63,828 nucleotides of DNA, filler included, from Octopus bimaculoides (GCF_001194135.2; 6 parts of 6 records of this genome joined end to end with filler, not necessarily neighbours in it), one strand, 5' to 3'; positions 1 to 14,085 are shown, numbered from the whole stretch's first letter. The notes: generated by a model from the letters alone, not told the origin. A program made the numbers and translations.

Positions 1-188
1 TATATGTATATAGACTAAATCACAAAAGAAACGTCGCATTCATACTAAATAGAAACTGGTTTATGAAAAGACTGTTATAACAATGATTGAACAGCTCTTT
101 CCTAATGATAAAACGTTATATCCTGAAACATGTTTCACGTCACATGGTCCACATGATGACATAGTGTCCTGAATACAAAGAGATGAAT

Positions 189-1145
189 TCAGTATCTTGT
201 GTGACCAACGATAGCGTTGAGTATCGCCGGGGATTTTATGCAAATTGAATGTACCAAACGATTGATGAAAGCCATAGGGATAGCAGACCACGCTGTTAAA
301 ACTTGCAATGAGTTGTGCTGCAGCTGTCAGCCTTGGACGGATATCATTTAGCCTTCCTTGGATTTTGTCCTGCAGATGCTCTATGGGGTTGAAGTCCAGA
401 CTTATAGCAGGATATGGCAGTATCTGGATGTTGTGCTGTTGGAGGAAGTCTGTTGTTAACCTGGCAGTATAGGGAAAGCCGTTATCGTGTTGGAACACGT
501 GATTCCAATGATGGCAAAGTATTGCTCAATGTAAAGTCTCAACACTTGGTCGATGTAGCGAGCAGCAGCTGCTCCATTACTCCGCTTTGTCCGATGTTTT
601 GGAAGACCACCGGCCCAATATCACACAGCCATCGGCATTACCTTCACCCCTTCTTCTCCAAACCTTTTTCTCTGCCATCAGCCACAGAAATGCAATACCG
701 ACTATCGTCAGAGTAGGCTACAGTCCTCCACTGCTGATATCGCCAGTTCTGACTTATTTCATCCCACTGCAGACGTGCCAGTCGATGACGATCTGTGAGT
801 ATATGACCCATAGCCGGACGTTGACAAGACAGATTGAAAGATTTCAGCCGGCAGCGAACACTCTCTGCACAAAAGAGTCTGTGGTGACTCCATCTGGCTG
901 ATTCCATTGCCCACCGGAAGCAGTCCTAGAAGTGCTGTCGGTGCAGGTGGGGATCTTGACGTGCCATTGTAACACACAGTCGGCCACTGCGTTGACGATC
1001 ATCCGTGCTGTTTGTGGAATTGTTTGTGGCGCCTAATTGTCCAAAAACTGCAGTCTAAGTCATTTGCAATGACCCATTGACGTTTACCAGCATGAAGACG
1101 TCCGATGGTGAGCTCACACTGATTTCATTTCAGTCTTAGTATGCA
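189..1145 (-). pseudogene. Decayed Tc1-family (DD34E) transposase
   Basis: Minus-strand frames give TIGRLHAGKRQWVIA (HTH), DDRQRSGR..T.ARQD, VRCRL..LTDRHRLARLQW..W..VAYSDDSRY (first D) and FQHDNGFPYTA...LDFNPIEH, with 34 residues between D and E. It ends GHTRY*. There are frameshifts, stops and loss of the GGGSVMVWG block. Confidence 0.85.
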
Positions 1146-1350
1146 TGCTGCGTTCGGGAAACGAATGACAGTCTGCTAAACTTGAGAAAGGAATGGCAGT
1201 CTGCTAAATTCTATACCCAATGAGTCAACGTTTTGACCCTGCATCATGGTTTTCATAAAGATGCGTTTGCAATCATTACCATGTTCAAGAAAATTGATCG
1301 AGTTTGGACCCAACATGCAACCCTTGTGCTTTCAGAAGAGAGGGTGTTAG

Positions 1351-2434
1351 ATATATTTACCAGAATTAAATAAAAATATCTTGAAATACTAAAGAGTAAA
1401 TTTATTCAATCAAATCGCCATTGGCTTCAACCACGGTCTCCAGACGACTTCGGAAACTTCAGAAACTCTTTTGGACAGTCTAATTGTTTGAGCTGGTGAA
1501 TGCTGCCAAAATCCTTGTCTTCACTTCATCTTTGGTGTTACAAAGGGTGTTGTTGATCTCTCGCTCAACTGTGCCCCACACGTAATAATCAAGTGGTTGC
1601 AGTTCAGGGAGTTATGTGTCCAGATTTTAGGAGTGATGTGGTCGCAGAAATTGGCTGACAGCCATGATTGAGTTTTCTGCTTGTTTGGAATGGTAGAAAA
1701 TTCTGTTGTCAGATATAGGCGCTTCCAACAGCCAGCCCCTTGATCCAGGGCAGCACTACATTCTTCGGGCACTTGATGTACGCCTTCGTGTTGAGTCTGA
1801 CGCCGTGTGGGAAGATGAATGGAGGCATGACGTCGCCATCACCAGTGGTCACTCCAAACACCATGAAGTGGACTAGATGTTTGATTTGTATCACTTTCAG
1901 TACATATTTTGGGGACACGGTTTGCCAAACGTTGTTCTGTGTGTTCACCATCTGATCCTGGCAGAATTCTTTCTCATCTGAGAAAAAGGGAAGCATGTTC
2001 GGTTGGAGGTGATGCTTGAATTTGTTCAAAAGATTCGTAGCACGGTCTTTCCTCTTGTGCTTGATGGTTTGGGATTAAAATTGGACCTTACTCATCATGT
2101 ATAAGGATTACCGAATGTTTTCATTCACTACCTGCCTGATAAGAGACTCAGACACTCCTATTTCCCTGGCAATTGACCTGATTTACTTGGAAATATCGTC
2201 GTCAATCATGACCTGGATCTCTCCAACAAAGTCAGGAGTAGTTTTCTTATCAGAACAATCAAAGTGAGTTTTCCGAGCTGCTGTAATCACCATTAGACTC
2301 ATCCAACTCTTTCCGAATCCTCTGCACACTCCTCAGATTGACACCCAAATACTCGGAAATGTTCATATTGGAGTTTCCGGTGTGAATGCCAAGCAGTACA
2401 GTATGTCGTTTCCAAATTTTTGGCAGAGTGAATT
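1351..2434 (-). mobile_element. Decayed DD37D (maT/mori-like) Tc1/mariner element
   Basis: Motifs FFSDEKEF, HFMVFGV..GDVMPPFIF, QSWLSANFCDHITPKIW and EANGDF. Colinear with the 50457-51328 copy, where D-37-D spacing is directly readable. The 5' end is cut by a SINE at about 2434. Confidence 0.8.
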
Positions 2435-2802
2435 TGACTGTGGCCATGCTGGAGCACCGCCTTTAGTCGAGCAAATCGACCCCAGGACTTATTCTTTGGA
2501 AGCCTAGTACTTATTCTATCGGTCCCTTTTGCCTAACCGCTAAGTTACGCGGACGTAAACTCACCAGCATCGGTTGTCAAGCGATGTTGGGGGGACAAAC
2601 ACAGACACACAAACAAATATATATATATATATATATACATATATACGACGGGCTTCTTTCAGTTTCCGTCTACCAAATTCACTCACAAGGCTTTGGTCGG
2701 CCCGAGGCTATAGTAGAAGACACTTGCCCAAGGTGCCACGCAGTGGGACTGAACCCAGAACCATGTGGTTGGTAAGCAAGCTACTTACCACACAGCCACT
2801 CC
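2432..2802 (-). mobile_element. tRNA-derived CORE-type SINE, family A
   Basis: The reverse complement has A-box TGGCTGTGTGG, B-box GGTTCAGTCCC, CORE-like CACCTTGGGCAAGTGTC, an internal TA/TG microsatellite and tail GGCGGTGCTCCAGCATGGCC. Many copies occur in the window. Confidence 0.85.
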
Positions 2803-2803
2803 A

Positions 2804-3183
2804 GGCGCAGGAGTGGCTGTGTGATAAGTAGCTTGCTTACCAACCGCACGGTTCCTGGTTCAGTCCCACTGCGTGTCTTCTACTATAGCCTCGGGCCGAC
2901 CAAAGCCTTGTGAGTGGATTTGGTAGACAGAAACTAAAAGAAGCCCGTCGTATATATGTATATATGTGTATGTATGCATGTGTATATGTTTGTGTTTGTC
3001 CCCCCAATATCGCTTGACAACCGATGCTGGTGTATTTACGTCCCCGTAACTTAGCAGTTCGGCATAAGACCCCGATAGAATAAGTACCAGGCTTCCAAAG
3101 AATAAGTCCTGGGGTCGATTTGTCGACTAAAGGCGGTGCTCCAGCATGGCCACAGTTAATATGACTGAAACAAGTAGAAGAGA
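2804..3183 (+). mobile_element. tRNA-derived CORE-type SINE, family A (head-to-head with the previous copy)
   Basis: Starts GGCGCAGGAGTGGCTGTGTG with the same body and tail as 2432-2802, and a short deletion in the CORE segment. Confidence 0.85.
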
Positions 3184-3189
3184 TATATG

Positions 3190-4210
3190 AAACAGTAAAC
3201 TTGAAAAGTACCGCACGAGTAAAAATAGGAAAAAAAAAGGAAAGAAGGTTTGAAAATGCGGAGGTCTTTACACATACATACACACACAAACATGCACAAT
3301 AAAACACACCACCCTGACAAATACAGGACACGTAGACACACTCACACAAACACTCCCACACGTATACACACACACTGCACAAACAATACAAACAAAAAAC
3401 TCCCAATAATACACCCAAACTTATGCACGCACCACACAGAAAAATAACATACACCCTTGCTCTCACACACCCGAAAACTACATAAACCACACCCACATAT
3501 ACACATACACACACACACATACTCAGTACAAACTTGCACAGTATGTATACGCACACACATACACACAGCCCGGATAAACGTAACACACATGGACACACTC
3601 AGAACTCCTGACAAATACCACACACTCACACACACATACATACCCACACACACAAACATATGCACCCTCACACATACATACAGATTCATACACACACACA
3701 CACACACACCAGCCGGACAATTATAAGTCTACAAACATACACAGATATAGACACACACGCATACTCACGTACACGCACATAACATACCCACCAACACAAC
3801 ACACACAAACATACACACACACACACAGACGCACACATACGCACACACACACTAACGAACACACATACGCACACACGCACACACACACACACACACAAAC
3901 GTGCACACATACACGCACCATTCTGCTAAATATAAAACATACACATACACAGACCGATCACCGCACTGAACTCTAAGACCAATAATAAAAAAAAACACAT
4001 ACACAAGCACAAGCACATATATATATATATATACACACACACATAGAAACGTGTACAGAGACACACACTCACGCTATTTTGAACTCTAAGACCAATCCCC
4101 AAAACCACTGAACCGTGACAGACTAGCCCAGAAACAAAAACAATCCTTTTGATTCCACAATGCTCTCCCCCACCACAAACCCCCACACTATTTCTAAAAG
4201 TAGCAAACAT
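3190..4210. repeat. Degenerate (CA)n-rich low-complexity tract
   Basis: About 1 kb of imperfect CACA/CATA repeats; the source of the spurious CV/HT-rich ORFs. Confidence 0.9.
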
Positions 4211-4638
4211 TTCTTATACACACACTACAAGACAGGAGATGAAGGATGGAAAGGTTAGTCATTCCCCTAAAATTCTGTATAGATACTTAAATATGTTTCT
4301 TTCTGTATATATGCTTCTATGCAAACATGATTTTTGATGAAATTAAAATAATTATAAATTTATTTTACTACTTATTTTGAACACATTTTGTTTAAACAAA
4401 ATGCCCTTCTTAACATTTTCTTATCATTGTCAAAGATTCTATTTTTTAACATTTTCTTATCATTATCAAAGACTCTATAACTGTATTTTAATACAACTAT
4501 GATAACCATTTTTTAACACAACAAAGCTCATACAAAGCTTTACATTTTACTTTTGATAATCTGGTTTTTTTTTTAAGTAAAACCGGTCAAGTCAATAAAC
4601 ATCTTTAAAAGACCTCTGCTTTTTCAAACCCTCTGTCC

Positions 4639-4691
<53 letters not shown>

Positions 4692-5369
4692 CTGTGTGCA
4701 TATGAAGCATGTGTGAGTACTCACGTGCCTTAATATGTGGGTGTATGTGTCAACTGTTTATGTCAGCTACGTGTGTATCAGTTGTGTAAATATGTGTGTT
4801 TGTGTTGTGTGAGTGTTTGCGAATATGTGAGCATAAGTGCCTGTGTATACGCATGAGTTCGCGAAAGTGTTTAGAAGGCATATACGGATGTGTCTGCATA
4901 TGGACAACTTGTGAACATAAATATATACGTCATTTTATTTATATGTGTATGCATGAACGAGTGCGTGTTTGTCTGGAAGAATATTATGCGTACGCCTGTT
5001 TTTATCTGGTGTGTGTGTGTGTGTGGTTACATATATTACGCATGTTTTTGTTGTTTATATGATCACGCTTGACTAATTTATTTTAGTGTGGATGCAACAG
5101 CGTGGCGGGGGGGGTTAATTTAGTGTTGGATTGTGAGTCTTTGTAGTGTTAGGGGGAGGAAGAAAGAAAAAAATAAACGTGCGTACATAGATGTATGTGC
5201 ATGTGTGCGTGTGCCCGCGCACCTCCATATATGGAGACATATATGGAGGCAAGCGTAGGAGGTTACATGGGATGCATGAAGTTGGAAAGTGTTCTGCATA
5301 GACATTGCTGGTTAGGAATTCTGTCTTTGGTAGTAGTGCAGCCAGAGCTGAGGTGCAACGAATGTGAAG

Positions 5370-5790
5370 GTGATATATCTGAATTGTCTGCGTACCTCTG
5401 ATGGCAACAATAAAATAGTTCGTATTTCCTGCTGATAGATACTTCAGGTTGGTGCAGAATATGTAGTCTTTCACGGGAACACTCCTGGCAATCGCTTTCA
5501 CTGGGTGAGTAAAGTGGTATCCTTATCGCAAATGGCTCATTCTATGTTGGAGCCGCGAAGTCTCCAGAGGAAATGAGACAAAGAGGTGGAATTCTCTGTA
5601 TCCTTACAACTAACTGAAAGCTTATGTGGCATGTATCTTCTCTTAATGTCAGTGACCATAATGCCCGTGTAGTGCCCTGTGATCTCTTCGGATAGTGTGA
5701 GGGTGGTTCTGTATACTCCAACATCGGTGCGTGTGGTGGTGGTAGTGAGGGACAAACACGTTTTGATATATACTATTTATGTGGTTGTAT
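5370..5790 (-). mobile_element. Penelope-like element GIY-YIG endonuclease remnant
   Basis: Minus frames read GVYRTTLT..HYTG....IKRRYMPHKLS...NSTSLSHFLWRLR..IE*AI, then after a frameshift PLYSPSESDCQECSRERLHIL...RKYELFYCCHQR. This matches the V-Y..Y-x-G / F-K-x-R-Y-x-x-H / CxxC..E..CxH layout of PLE endonuclease C-termini. Confidence 0.7.
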
Positions 5791-8606
5791 GGTAATGTGT
5801 TATTATAACGCGTTAGATATACCATAGATGTTGTAATTAGTTCCTTTATGGCATATACACATAGAATTATTCGAGCCGTGTTCAATTATTCGAGCCGTGT
5901 TGAAAATGAACGGATGTGTCAATCGATACAAGTTTCTCAGCACTTATATATTGTTGCAGTTATATAGTATATATCTTCATGAATTCGACAACTAAACATC
6001 TTGATATCTTGTGTAACTTTTCTGATATACGATACGATAATTTTCTATAGTAACAGCATTGTTTTATGCAATAAAATCTACCATATTGCATTCATTAATT
6101 CACAAAGTGTTACATTTTCTTCAATTATGATTTTTCATTTTTATTTTATATTCACAAATAGTTTCTTTTAGTAAATAAATAGAAAAAAAAAATTCTGCTG
6201 CAAATTGATACAGATAGAAATCGAAAAATCGACATGAAACGAATTTGATATTAACAGTACCCCCTGTCATTTCACTTCCATGAAATTAATTAAATAATAG
6301 CAGAGACTATAGAAAGATAATTTTAATTGAAGTTACAATAAAGCATAATCTGATGGCCAAAAAATAGACGGTATGTCTGAAAGATAAATAAATGAGATGA
6401 AGACTGAAAAGAAAGCTTGTCAATCATGAGTATATCAATGAATTACAAATTTGAAGCGATATATTAACAATGTTTATCGGGAGAAAAAGATAAAATCATC
6501 ATCTTATTCATTCTGCCTCTAGCGCGTAGTTTCATTTTTTTTTCTGTTTCTCCTACTTTAGTTTTATTGAAGTTAATTAGCTACACGCCACGAATTTCCT
6601 TTCATCTCATTCTATCTTGTTTCGCTTCCTTCAGTGTTTTTTGAAGATTATACTGATCGACTATTGTTCAATTATAGAAATATTTTACCGCAATAAACTT
6701 TAAGAAGAAAACAACATATTCTACATCATATACTACAACGTATATATAATTTTGTGATGTGTATGTGTGCGTTTATGTTTAAGATGTTGGTTGTGACTTC
6801 GTTAAACTTCGAAGAAGGAAACGTCGACGTCAAAGTGAAACATTATGACTCAAATAGCTGAGTCTACATAATATACTAAACCGTTTCTTTAGTTAAGGTT
6901 TGTTGCTCTTAATCATGAAAAAGATAAAAGTTATTATATGTGGTTATTGTCGACTCACTATCTTGCATGATCATATTTGAGTCGAAAGACCATTTTCAAT
7001 GAATCACATTTCGGATAGGGTTGCACTTCAATGGAATGTGCAACTATATATGATATGTAAACGGATCACTAAACAAGGCCACAGCAAATATACACGTTTT
7101 ACGATATCACACAACTGAGAAAACCATCTAGATGGGGATATTATGTAGCTAAATAGTGTGATACAGCAGAAATTCTGAGATATCCTTGCGGTCAAAACAT
7201 ACGCAAAATTTATTTGGCCTCAGAAATTGGTTTCAAAATATAGTAATATAGCAATTTTATAAGCACAAATATTTAAGCAATATGAATGGTACTATACAGG
7301 CCATAAGAAGTTAATTAGCATGAGTTAAAAAGAAAAGGCTGGGGAATATATATGTTACGTTTCTGCACATGTATATTTATCTCTTTACTAGTTTCAGTCA
7401 CTGGACTGTGGTCATGCTGGAACGAATATGAGAAGGTCTTTGTATTAACTGTTTTGCGTTGTTTTATATTCTTTTGGCTGGAACTACTGTATCCAAAACT
7501 TCACATTCCTCATGAAGCCATTTTGATAGAATTATAAGCTTAGTCATCTGCAGCCAAGAAAGTACGAATTGTGCTGTCAAAATTCGTTTTGCAGTTTCAT
7601 ATACTTTTTTATTAATTCTATATGCGATAGATAAATTTATTTAGTCAACTAAATAAACCGCTAGAATTAACTTATATCATCCATACAAAATTGCTGACGT
7701 TGTGCGTCAAGTTAATTCATGGAAGAACATGGGATGTGTGTGTACAATTGTTCGCTCACATCCGCTTCTACTGCAATATGAAACGATAAATCCTGTTGCA
7801 TATTTAGCACGCTGGTGACTAAGTATATAGCTTCTTGCTAGCTTGCTTGGTGGAAACTTTCATAAAGGGTGAGTCTAATTCATCCAAGACAGTATATATA
7901 CGTGTATTCATATATAAACGAACATATGTGTTTAAGACAATAAACTTGGAAGAAACATATGTTCAATGGAAGTCTGGCTTCTCTGGTGTTGTTGCTGATA
8001 CTACCATTAACAGGACATTCGTTTAGAGGATTCAAACATATGAAGAAAGACGTTTGCATCGCACAAATCTTCCTTAAGAATTTAATGTCACTGACTTCTT
8101 CAAATTTATACGATAGTTATATCAGTTACATCTACTACATTTATGTAGTTTGCTCACACGTGAGGCATTGAGAAATATATTCCATAGGCATGATCTATTG
8201 CGAAACATTTTCCAGTGATTTGACGCCCTTCATTCAAGCACAGTTGATACATGTATATAGGCGTGCGCATGTGTATGTGGGGCGCTAGTGTGTATGCGTG
8301 GAAATATCTGTGTCTTTGTATAACGTGATTACTTTTGAAACAAATATAAAATGGTGGATAGAAATTGCCTACATTTTCAAATTAGTTTATAATTCTATTT
8401 AATCGAAGAACACACACTGGGAACTGCTGATTCAACTGTACGTTCCTCCAGCTCTCCCATGATGGATCACTCATGAGATTGCAATGCATGTGTCTATATC
8501 TATTTGGAAATGAATAAATACACAGTATTCTAAAATAATTAGCAATGTATTGTACAAACTGCTACTTCTTCCCCAGTTTTAATTATGTAATACATATATA
8601 TTTGAG

Positions 8607-9165
8607 GAAGTTTTGTATGTATACATATAGATATGTATGTATATATATATATAGATATGTATGTATATATATAGATATGTATGTATGTATATAATATATA
8701 TAGATATGTATATATATATATATATATATATNNNNNNNNNNNNNNNNNNNNNNNNNNNNNNNNNNNNNNNNNNNNNNNNNNNNNNNNNNNNNNNNNNNNN
8801 NNNNNNNNNNNNNNNNNNNNNNNNNNNNNNNNNNNNNNNNNNNNNNNNNNNNNNNNNNNNNNNNNNNNNNNNNNNNNNNNNNNNNNNNNNNNNNNNNNNN
8901 NNNNNNNNNNNNNNNNNNNNNNNNNNNNNNNNNNNNNNNNNNNNNNNNNNNNNNNNNNNNNNNNNNNNNNNNNNNNNNNNNNNNNNNNNNNNNNNNNNNN
9001 NNNNNNNNNNNNNNNNNNNNNNNNNNNNNNNNNNNNNNNNNNNNNNNNNNNNNNNATATATATATATATATATATACATGTATGATATCATGTATATATA
9101 TATATACATGGATGATATCATGTATATATATATATATACATGTGCATATAAGTATGTGTGTGTTT
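8607..9165. repeat. (TATG)n/(TA)n microsatellite spanning an assembly gap
   Basis: Directly visible, with an N-run at 8732-9055. Confidence 0.9.
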
Positions 9166-9852
9166 AGGTGTTAGAGTGTGTATGTAATGCGCGTGTGGCT
9201 CTATTCCATTTTAAATCGTATATAACATCTACATATTCGCACTTCGATTTCTGTTGTCGGATAATGTTATTTATGAGATATGCAGCGGTTAATAATTGTT
9301 GTGATGACAAACTAACGTAAACTTTAAAAGACATCAGTTGATATAATTTCTCCTATCTATCATTTTAGATACTTACGAGAAATGTTGCAATTGTATATAA
9401 TTAGATGCTAGAATTTCTAAGAACTATATCGTAATTTCACTTTATTGCCACTCACTTCAAACGATGTTTATTGAATTTAAATATCAGTATGTTTCCTTTA
9501 TGTTTCTCGTGTTTGGCTAAAGTTAATTAAATTTTTGATATGAAGAAAACTTCAGAATATTTTCATAATTATTCATTTACATTTTCAAATATATGTATGT
9601 TATATCCACAATATGAATTTCGTCTCAATGATATATACCGCAAAATATTTACAATATGCGTTATGGAATATTTGTTTCTTTTTTATAACTGTAAATTGAA
9701 ATACCCAGACTAAGGAAAGCAAATCGCCTACCTCTATACATGTATAGATATATCTTTTTATTTATTTATGCATGGGTACGTGTTAAAATCGTTTTAATAA
9801 GAAATCATATGTAGAAAATTTTAAACCCATAAGTATACACAAATAGACACAT

Positions 9853-9854
<2 letters not shown>

Positions 9855-9923
<69 letters not shown>

Positions 9924-10185
9924 TGCATGCATGCATGTAGGTAGGTAGGTAGGTAGGTAGGTAGGTAGGTAGGTAGGTAATTAGGTATGTTGCTTGGTAG
10001 CTTGGGAGCGAGGTATGTGGACAGGCAGATAGGTATGTAGGTAGGTAGGCAGGTAGATAGTTAGGTAGGTAGGTAGGTAGGTAGGTAGGTAGGTAGGTAG
10101 GTAGGTATGTAGGTAGGCAGGCAGGCAGGCATGCAGACAGGTAGGTAGGTAGGTGGGTAGGTAGGTAGGTAGATAGGTAGGTGCA
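9855..10185. repeat. Compound (TAGA)n-(CATG)n-(TAGG)n tetranucleotide array
   Basis: Directly visible. Confidence 0.95.
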
Positions 10186-10547
10186 AGGAACTTCATTAAC
10201 CTGCTGCTGTTTCTGCTATAATCGACACATACATCCCTATGTCCTTGCCGTTCATTTAGTTTATTGTTACACTCTATACTCAACTTACGTGTTCTTCTAC
10301 TAAAGCATGTGTATATTGAGTTCAGGTTTTTACACCAGGTTATTAGTGTCAATATACCTTAGCAATATATTAACATATGTAGATATAAAAAATTACCAGA
10401 TGAGAAAAGTGAAGAGAGATATTACATATTTATTCCATTAGCTGTTTTGTAATTTGATGTATATTCCATTAGCTGTTATGTAATCTCAGATAGGAACATA
10501 AGTGGCGTTATATCATCCGTCAAATATATACAGATTGATAAACATAT

Positions 10548-10870
10548 GACCACAGGCGTGGCTGTACGGCAAGAAGTTTACTTCACGGCATCATAGTTCA
10601 ATGTTCTGCTACTGCGCGGCAACTTGAACAAATATGTTTTACTATAGTCTAAGACCGAACAAAGCCTTGTGAGTGGAGATGGTAGATGGAAACTGCAAGA
10701 ACCCCAACGTACAAATATGCATATATGTGTGACTGTATCGTTTATATTTTACTTGTTTCAGTAATTATACGGCCGCTATGTTGGAGCACCGCCTTGAATT
10801 ATTTCTCGAATGAATCGACCCCAGTACTTATCTTTTAAGTCTGGTACTTATTCTCTTATTTGGACCACCC
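10548..10870. mobile_element. Two diverged family A SINE fragments (head on +, tail on -)
   Basis: CACAGGCGTGGCTGT...AAAGCCTTGTGAGTGG..GGTAGATGGAAACTG, followed by the reverse-orientation tail TTGGAGCACCGCCTT...ATCGACCCCAGTACTT. Confidence 0.65.
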
Positions 10871-11187
10871 AAATATTAACACTGAAAATAACAAATTCAA
10901 CAGTATACTAGCAGATCGAAAAAATCTTTCACTTACCAATATAGCATAAAGCTATATATTTAGCACATCTTAACCATTTGAAATACTATCAGAATCTGCC
11001 ACAATGAATTCTGCTGGCGTCCTTGAAATCTGCTGGCGCCAAAATGCGTACAGCCTCAGTGTGAGAAGTACTAATCAGCAGTAAAATATTCGGAAGTGAA
11101 TATTTATAAGATATTAATATTGCTGTTATTATCGAAGGCAATATAAATAATTGATAAATACTGAAACATTAGTGTAGGTGGTTGCAG

Positions 11188-11851
11188 GGATCTTGTTCAA
11201 AACGGGGGCACCAGTATTTTCTTAACGAAACACTTTGAAACTTGGGACACTGGTAGAATGTGTCATATAAAACATCTTTTTCTCTTAGTCTTCTTAACAA
11301 AAGAACGTACATCGCAAGTTATTTCATGTTAAAGTTGTCGTATTTCTGTAATTTCAACCAATGACTGACGTCCATTCAGCCGTAAAAATTAAGTGCTGAC
11401 TACGCAAACAAACGATTCTCGGCGGTGATAAAATTATTATTTCCTTGTCAAAAAATGGCTGAAGCATATTGGCAGTAGCTAATAAACCTTTCTATTATAG
11501 GCACAAGGCATGGTTTTTGAGGGAAGAAGCAAGTCAATTAGGGTTAGGGTTAGGGAAAACGAACACACGTGTGTTGCCTCTGCAAAATGTCAGAAGTAAT
11601 GGAGATTAAATACGCTTTACACCGCTTAAAGTGCCAAAGGAGTAAGTGTAAACAGCTGAATACTTGTCAGTGATTGGTTGAAATTATCGAAATAAGACAA
11701 TTTTTTACATGAAATAAATCCGAATACAAACTTTTTTTTTGTGTTCTATAACACAAAATAGATAAGTATACGAAGTTTGAAAGTCTTTCGGTACGAAAAA
11801 CACTACATAAAACATAAATGAAAACTGGTGCCCCAGTTTTGAACAAGATCC
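11188..11851. mobile_element. Non-autonomous TIR element (Merlin-like MITE), copy 1
   Basis: About 28-bp TIR GGATCTTGTTCAAAAC(G/T)GGGGCACCAG at both ends and an 8-bp TSD GGTTGCAG (11180-11187 and 11852-11859). It contains (TTAGGG)3 at 11538-11555. GG termini with an 8-bp TSD fit Merlin/IS1016. Confidence 0.85.
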
Positions 11852-14085
11852 GGTTGCAGGCCCGAACAATAACATTATATAGCTAAAGAATTAAAATTAT
11901 ATTAAATAAATATATTTCTTCAAATTTAAGTCAAATAATCATCATGTATTGTACACTTCATTATGGTTATCTGAAACTGAAGTGCTGTTGTAGTCAGTAA
12001 TATTAATTTAGTTTGTGTTCAATAAAGTAAAACCAAGGATGGCATTCGTCCTAAATTGCGTCCATGTGAAACCACAATCCTCACAAAATGTCTCTATCGC
12101 TTTTATCTTGAGAAACCCGCTCAATAATATGTTTCATCTCCCTCGTACAACATAGACTGATTCCTATTTCTTTTACAACGAAATCAACTGCCATCACAGG
12201 CAATATTTCCATACATGGTATTTTCTATGCATTCTGCTCTGAAACGTATCATTTTATTTGTTTATTTATTGTTGAATGATTTAAATTTAAAAAGAATATG
12301 AACAATTATTCCCTTTAAAACTATTATTGAGCGCTTTTTATTAAACTTTAATTCGGGCAGCTGAACTTGAATTGAAAATTTTCCCTAAAAGATTTTCAGA
12401 TTCTGAAGTAAGATATTTGCAGATATATTCAATGAGACAACGACCAAAAGCGAGAGTAAGTTTTCTTTATCTAAAATTGACAAAATTATTTGTGTCCTAA
12501 TATTTTTTCTGGACGTATTTAGTGAACCCGTTTTACATATGTACGTGGTTTTCACATAGGCGTTTAACTTTCCATAATCATCAATGCGTTTCTGTTCAAT
12601 ATAAAACTTACTGTCTGGGCATAACTAGAGTAATTATATTACTGAATTTTCATGAAAATATATATTTGACTAAAGATACTTATGATAATATGTTGCATCA
12701 AGCTAATCATTACTACTGAGTTATGAGTGCTATATATACGATGTAATGATATTTCATGATAAAAAAAAAACTAAATTTTAATATACGCCGTCGTAAATAT
12801 GTGTGTCCCTGTGACACTCTTTGTGGGTTTTCCTTTTAGTAATCTTAACAGCTATTTTCAATATTATAATTTCTCTGGTATTTTTACATTGAGATATTGT
12901 AATGTTCGACGCAATCTTCAAAGAATTATAAAGCAGTGTATTTGGTTGAGGATTTTAGTGTTCCAAAACTGCAGTTTCTATGTTACTAAATTTGGAATCT
13001 ACATTTACAAGTCTTTAATCGATAGCAATTATATGGTTTTTCAAAGAAATACATCCCAATTTTATCGCTAATATTTCACATAGGTTTACATATACGTAAA
13101 GAAATGACAATTATATATTCATTTGTTTCCACGTCGTGAGGTAACTGGCAATCGATTTCATGCATTTTTATATTTATTTATCAACCTTCGCGGGATTTCG
13201 GTAATTCCTTTTTTAATATTAAAAACAAAAAACAAAAAAATATTATTGAGAGCAGATACTCTTCTCTTTCATTTTAACGTATAGTGTGACTCATTTACCT
13301 ATTTTCCTCACTAATATTTTTTTTTGAATAGCTATATACAGTAATCGGTTTAAGAGATGAAATTTATGATCACAATTATATACTAATGCATGGGAAGATT
13401 AATTATGGGAGATTGCTGTCAAGTACATCTTTATATTAATTTAGACTTCCAGAAATATTGCTGTCTTTAACTTGAGTAATATCATAGTGTGATCGGTTTA
13501 TCTAAATTTCAACTTAAGATGTATACACAATTTCACTAACTTGCTTTAATTCACCAACATAGAGATGAATAAGAAAATTCTGTAATCAGTTAATAGTAGA
13601 ACTGCATTGATTTTGTTACGTTAATTTTCAGATATAGCCATCAATTGGAAGAAATTACAAAACTCTTCATTCAGTAACGTTACTGAATATGAGATATCTG
13701 ATATTACAATTAGCTAATCGACATTTTCAAAAGTAGGTTAATATCTAACCTAATACATTTGAATTCTGGATCTAAGAAAAGCAAAATATTAATAATATGC
13801 CATAGAGCGTACTTAAGTGTGGAAGTCAGCTTTAATCAACCACATGTAAGTGTTGTAAGTTAAAAGTTACAGGAGTAGTAGTGTAAGTTAAAAGTTACAG
13901 GAGTAGTGATGTACGGATCTACAATTGTCCTTGAGTAATCTACTTACCCATAATCCTCCTTGAATTTCTGTGATGACTACTAGTTTCCATACCTAATATT
14001 GCTAATAATAAATATATATATATATANNNNNNNNNNNNNNNNNNNNNNNNNNNNNNNNNNNNNNNNNNNNNNNNNNNNNNNNNNN

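Noticed and set aside
13853-13908. Short direct duplications (also 5862-5900 and 54300-54380)
   Set aside because: Two-copy local slippage duplications with no further structure.
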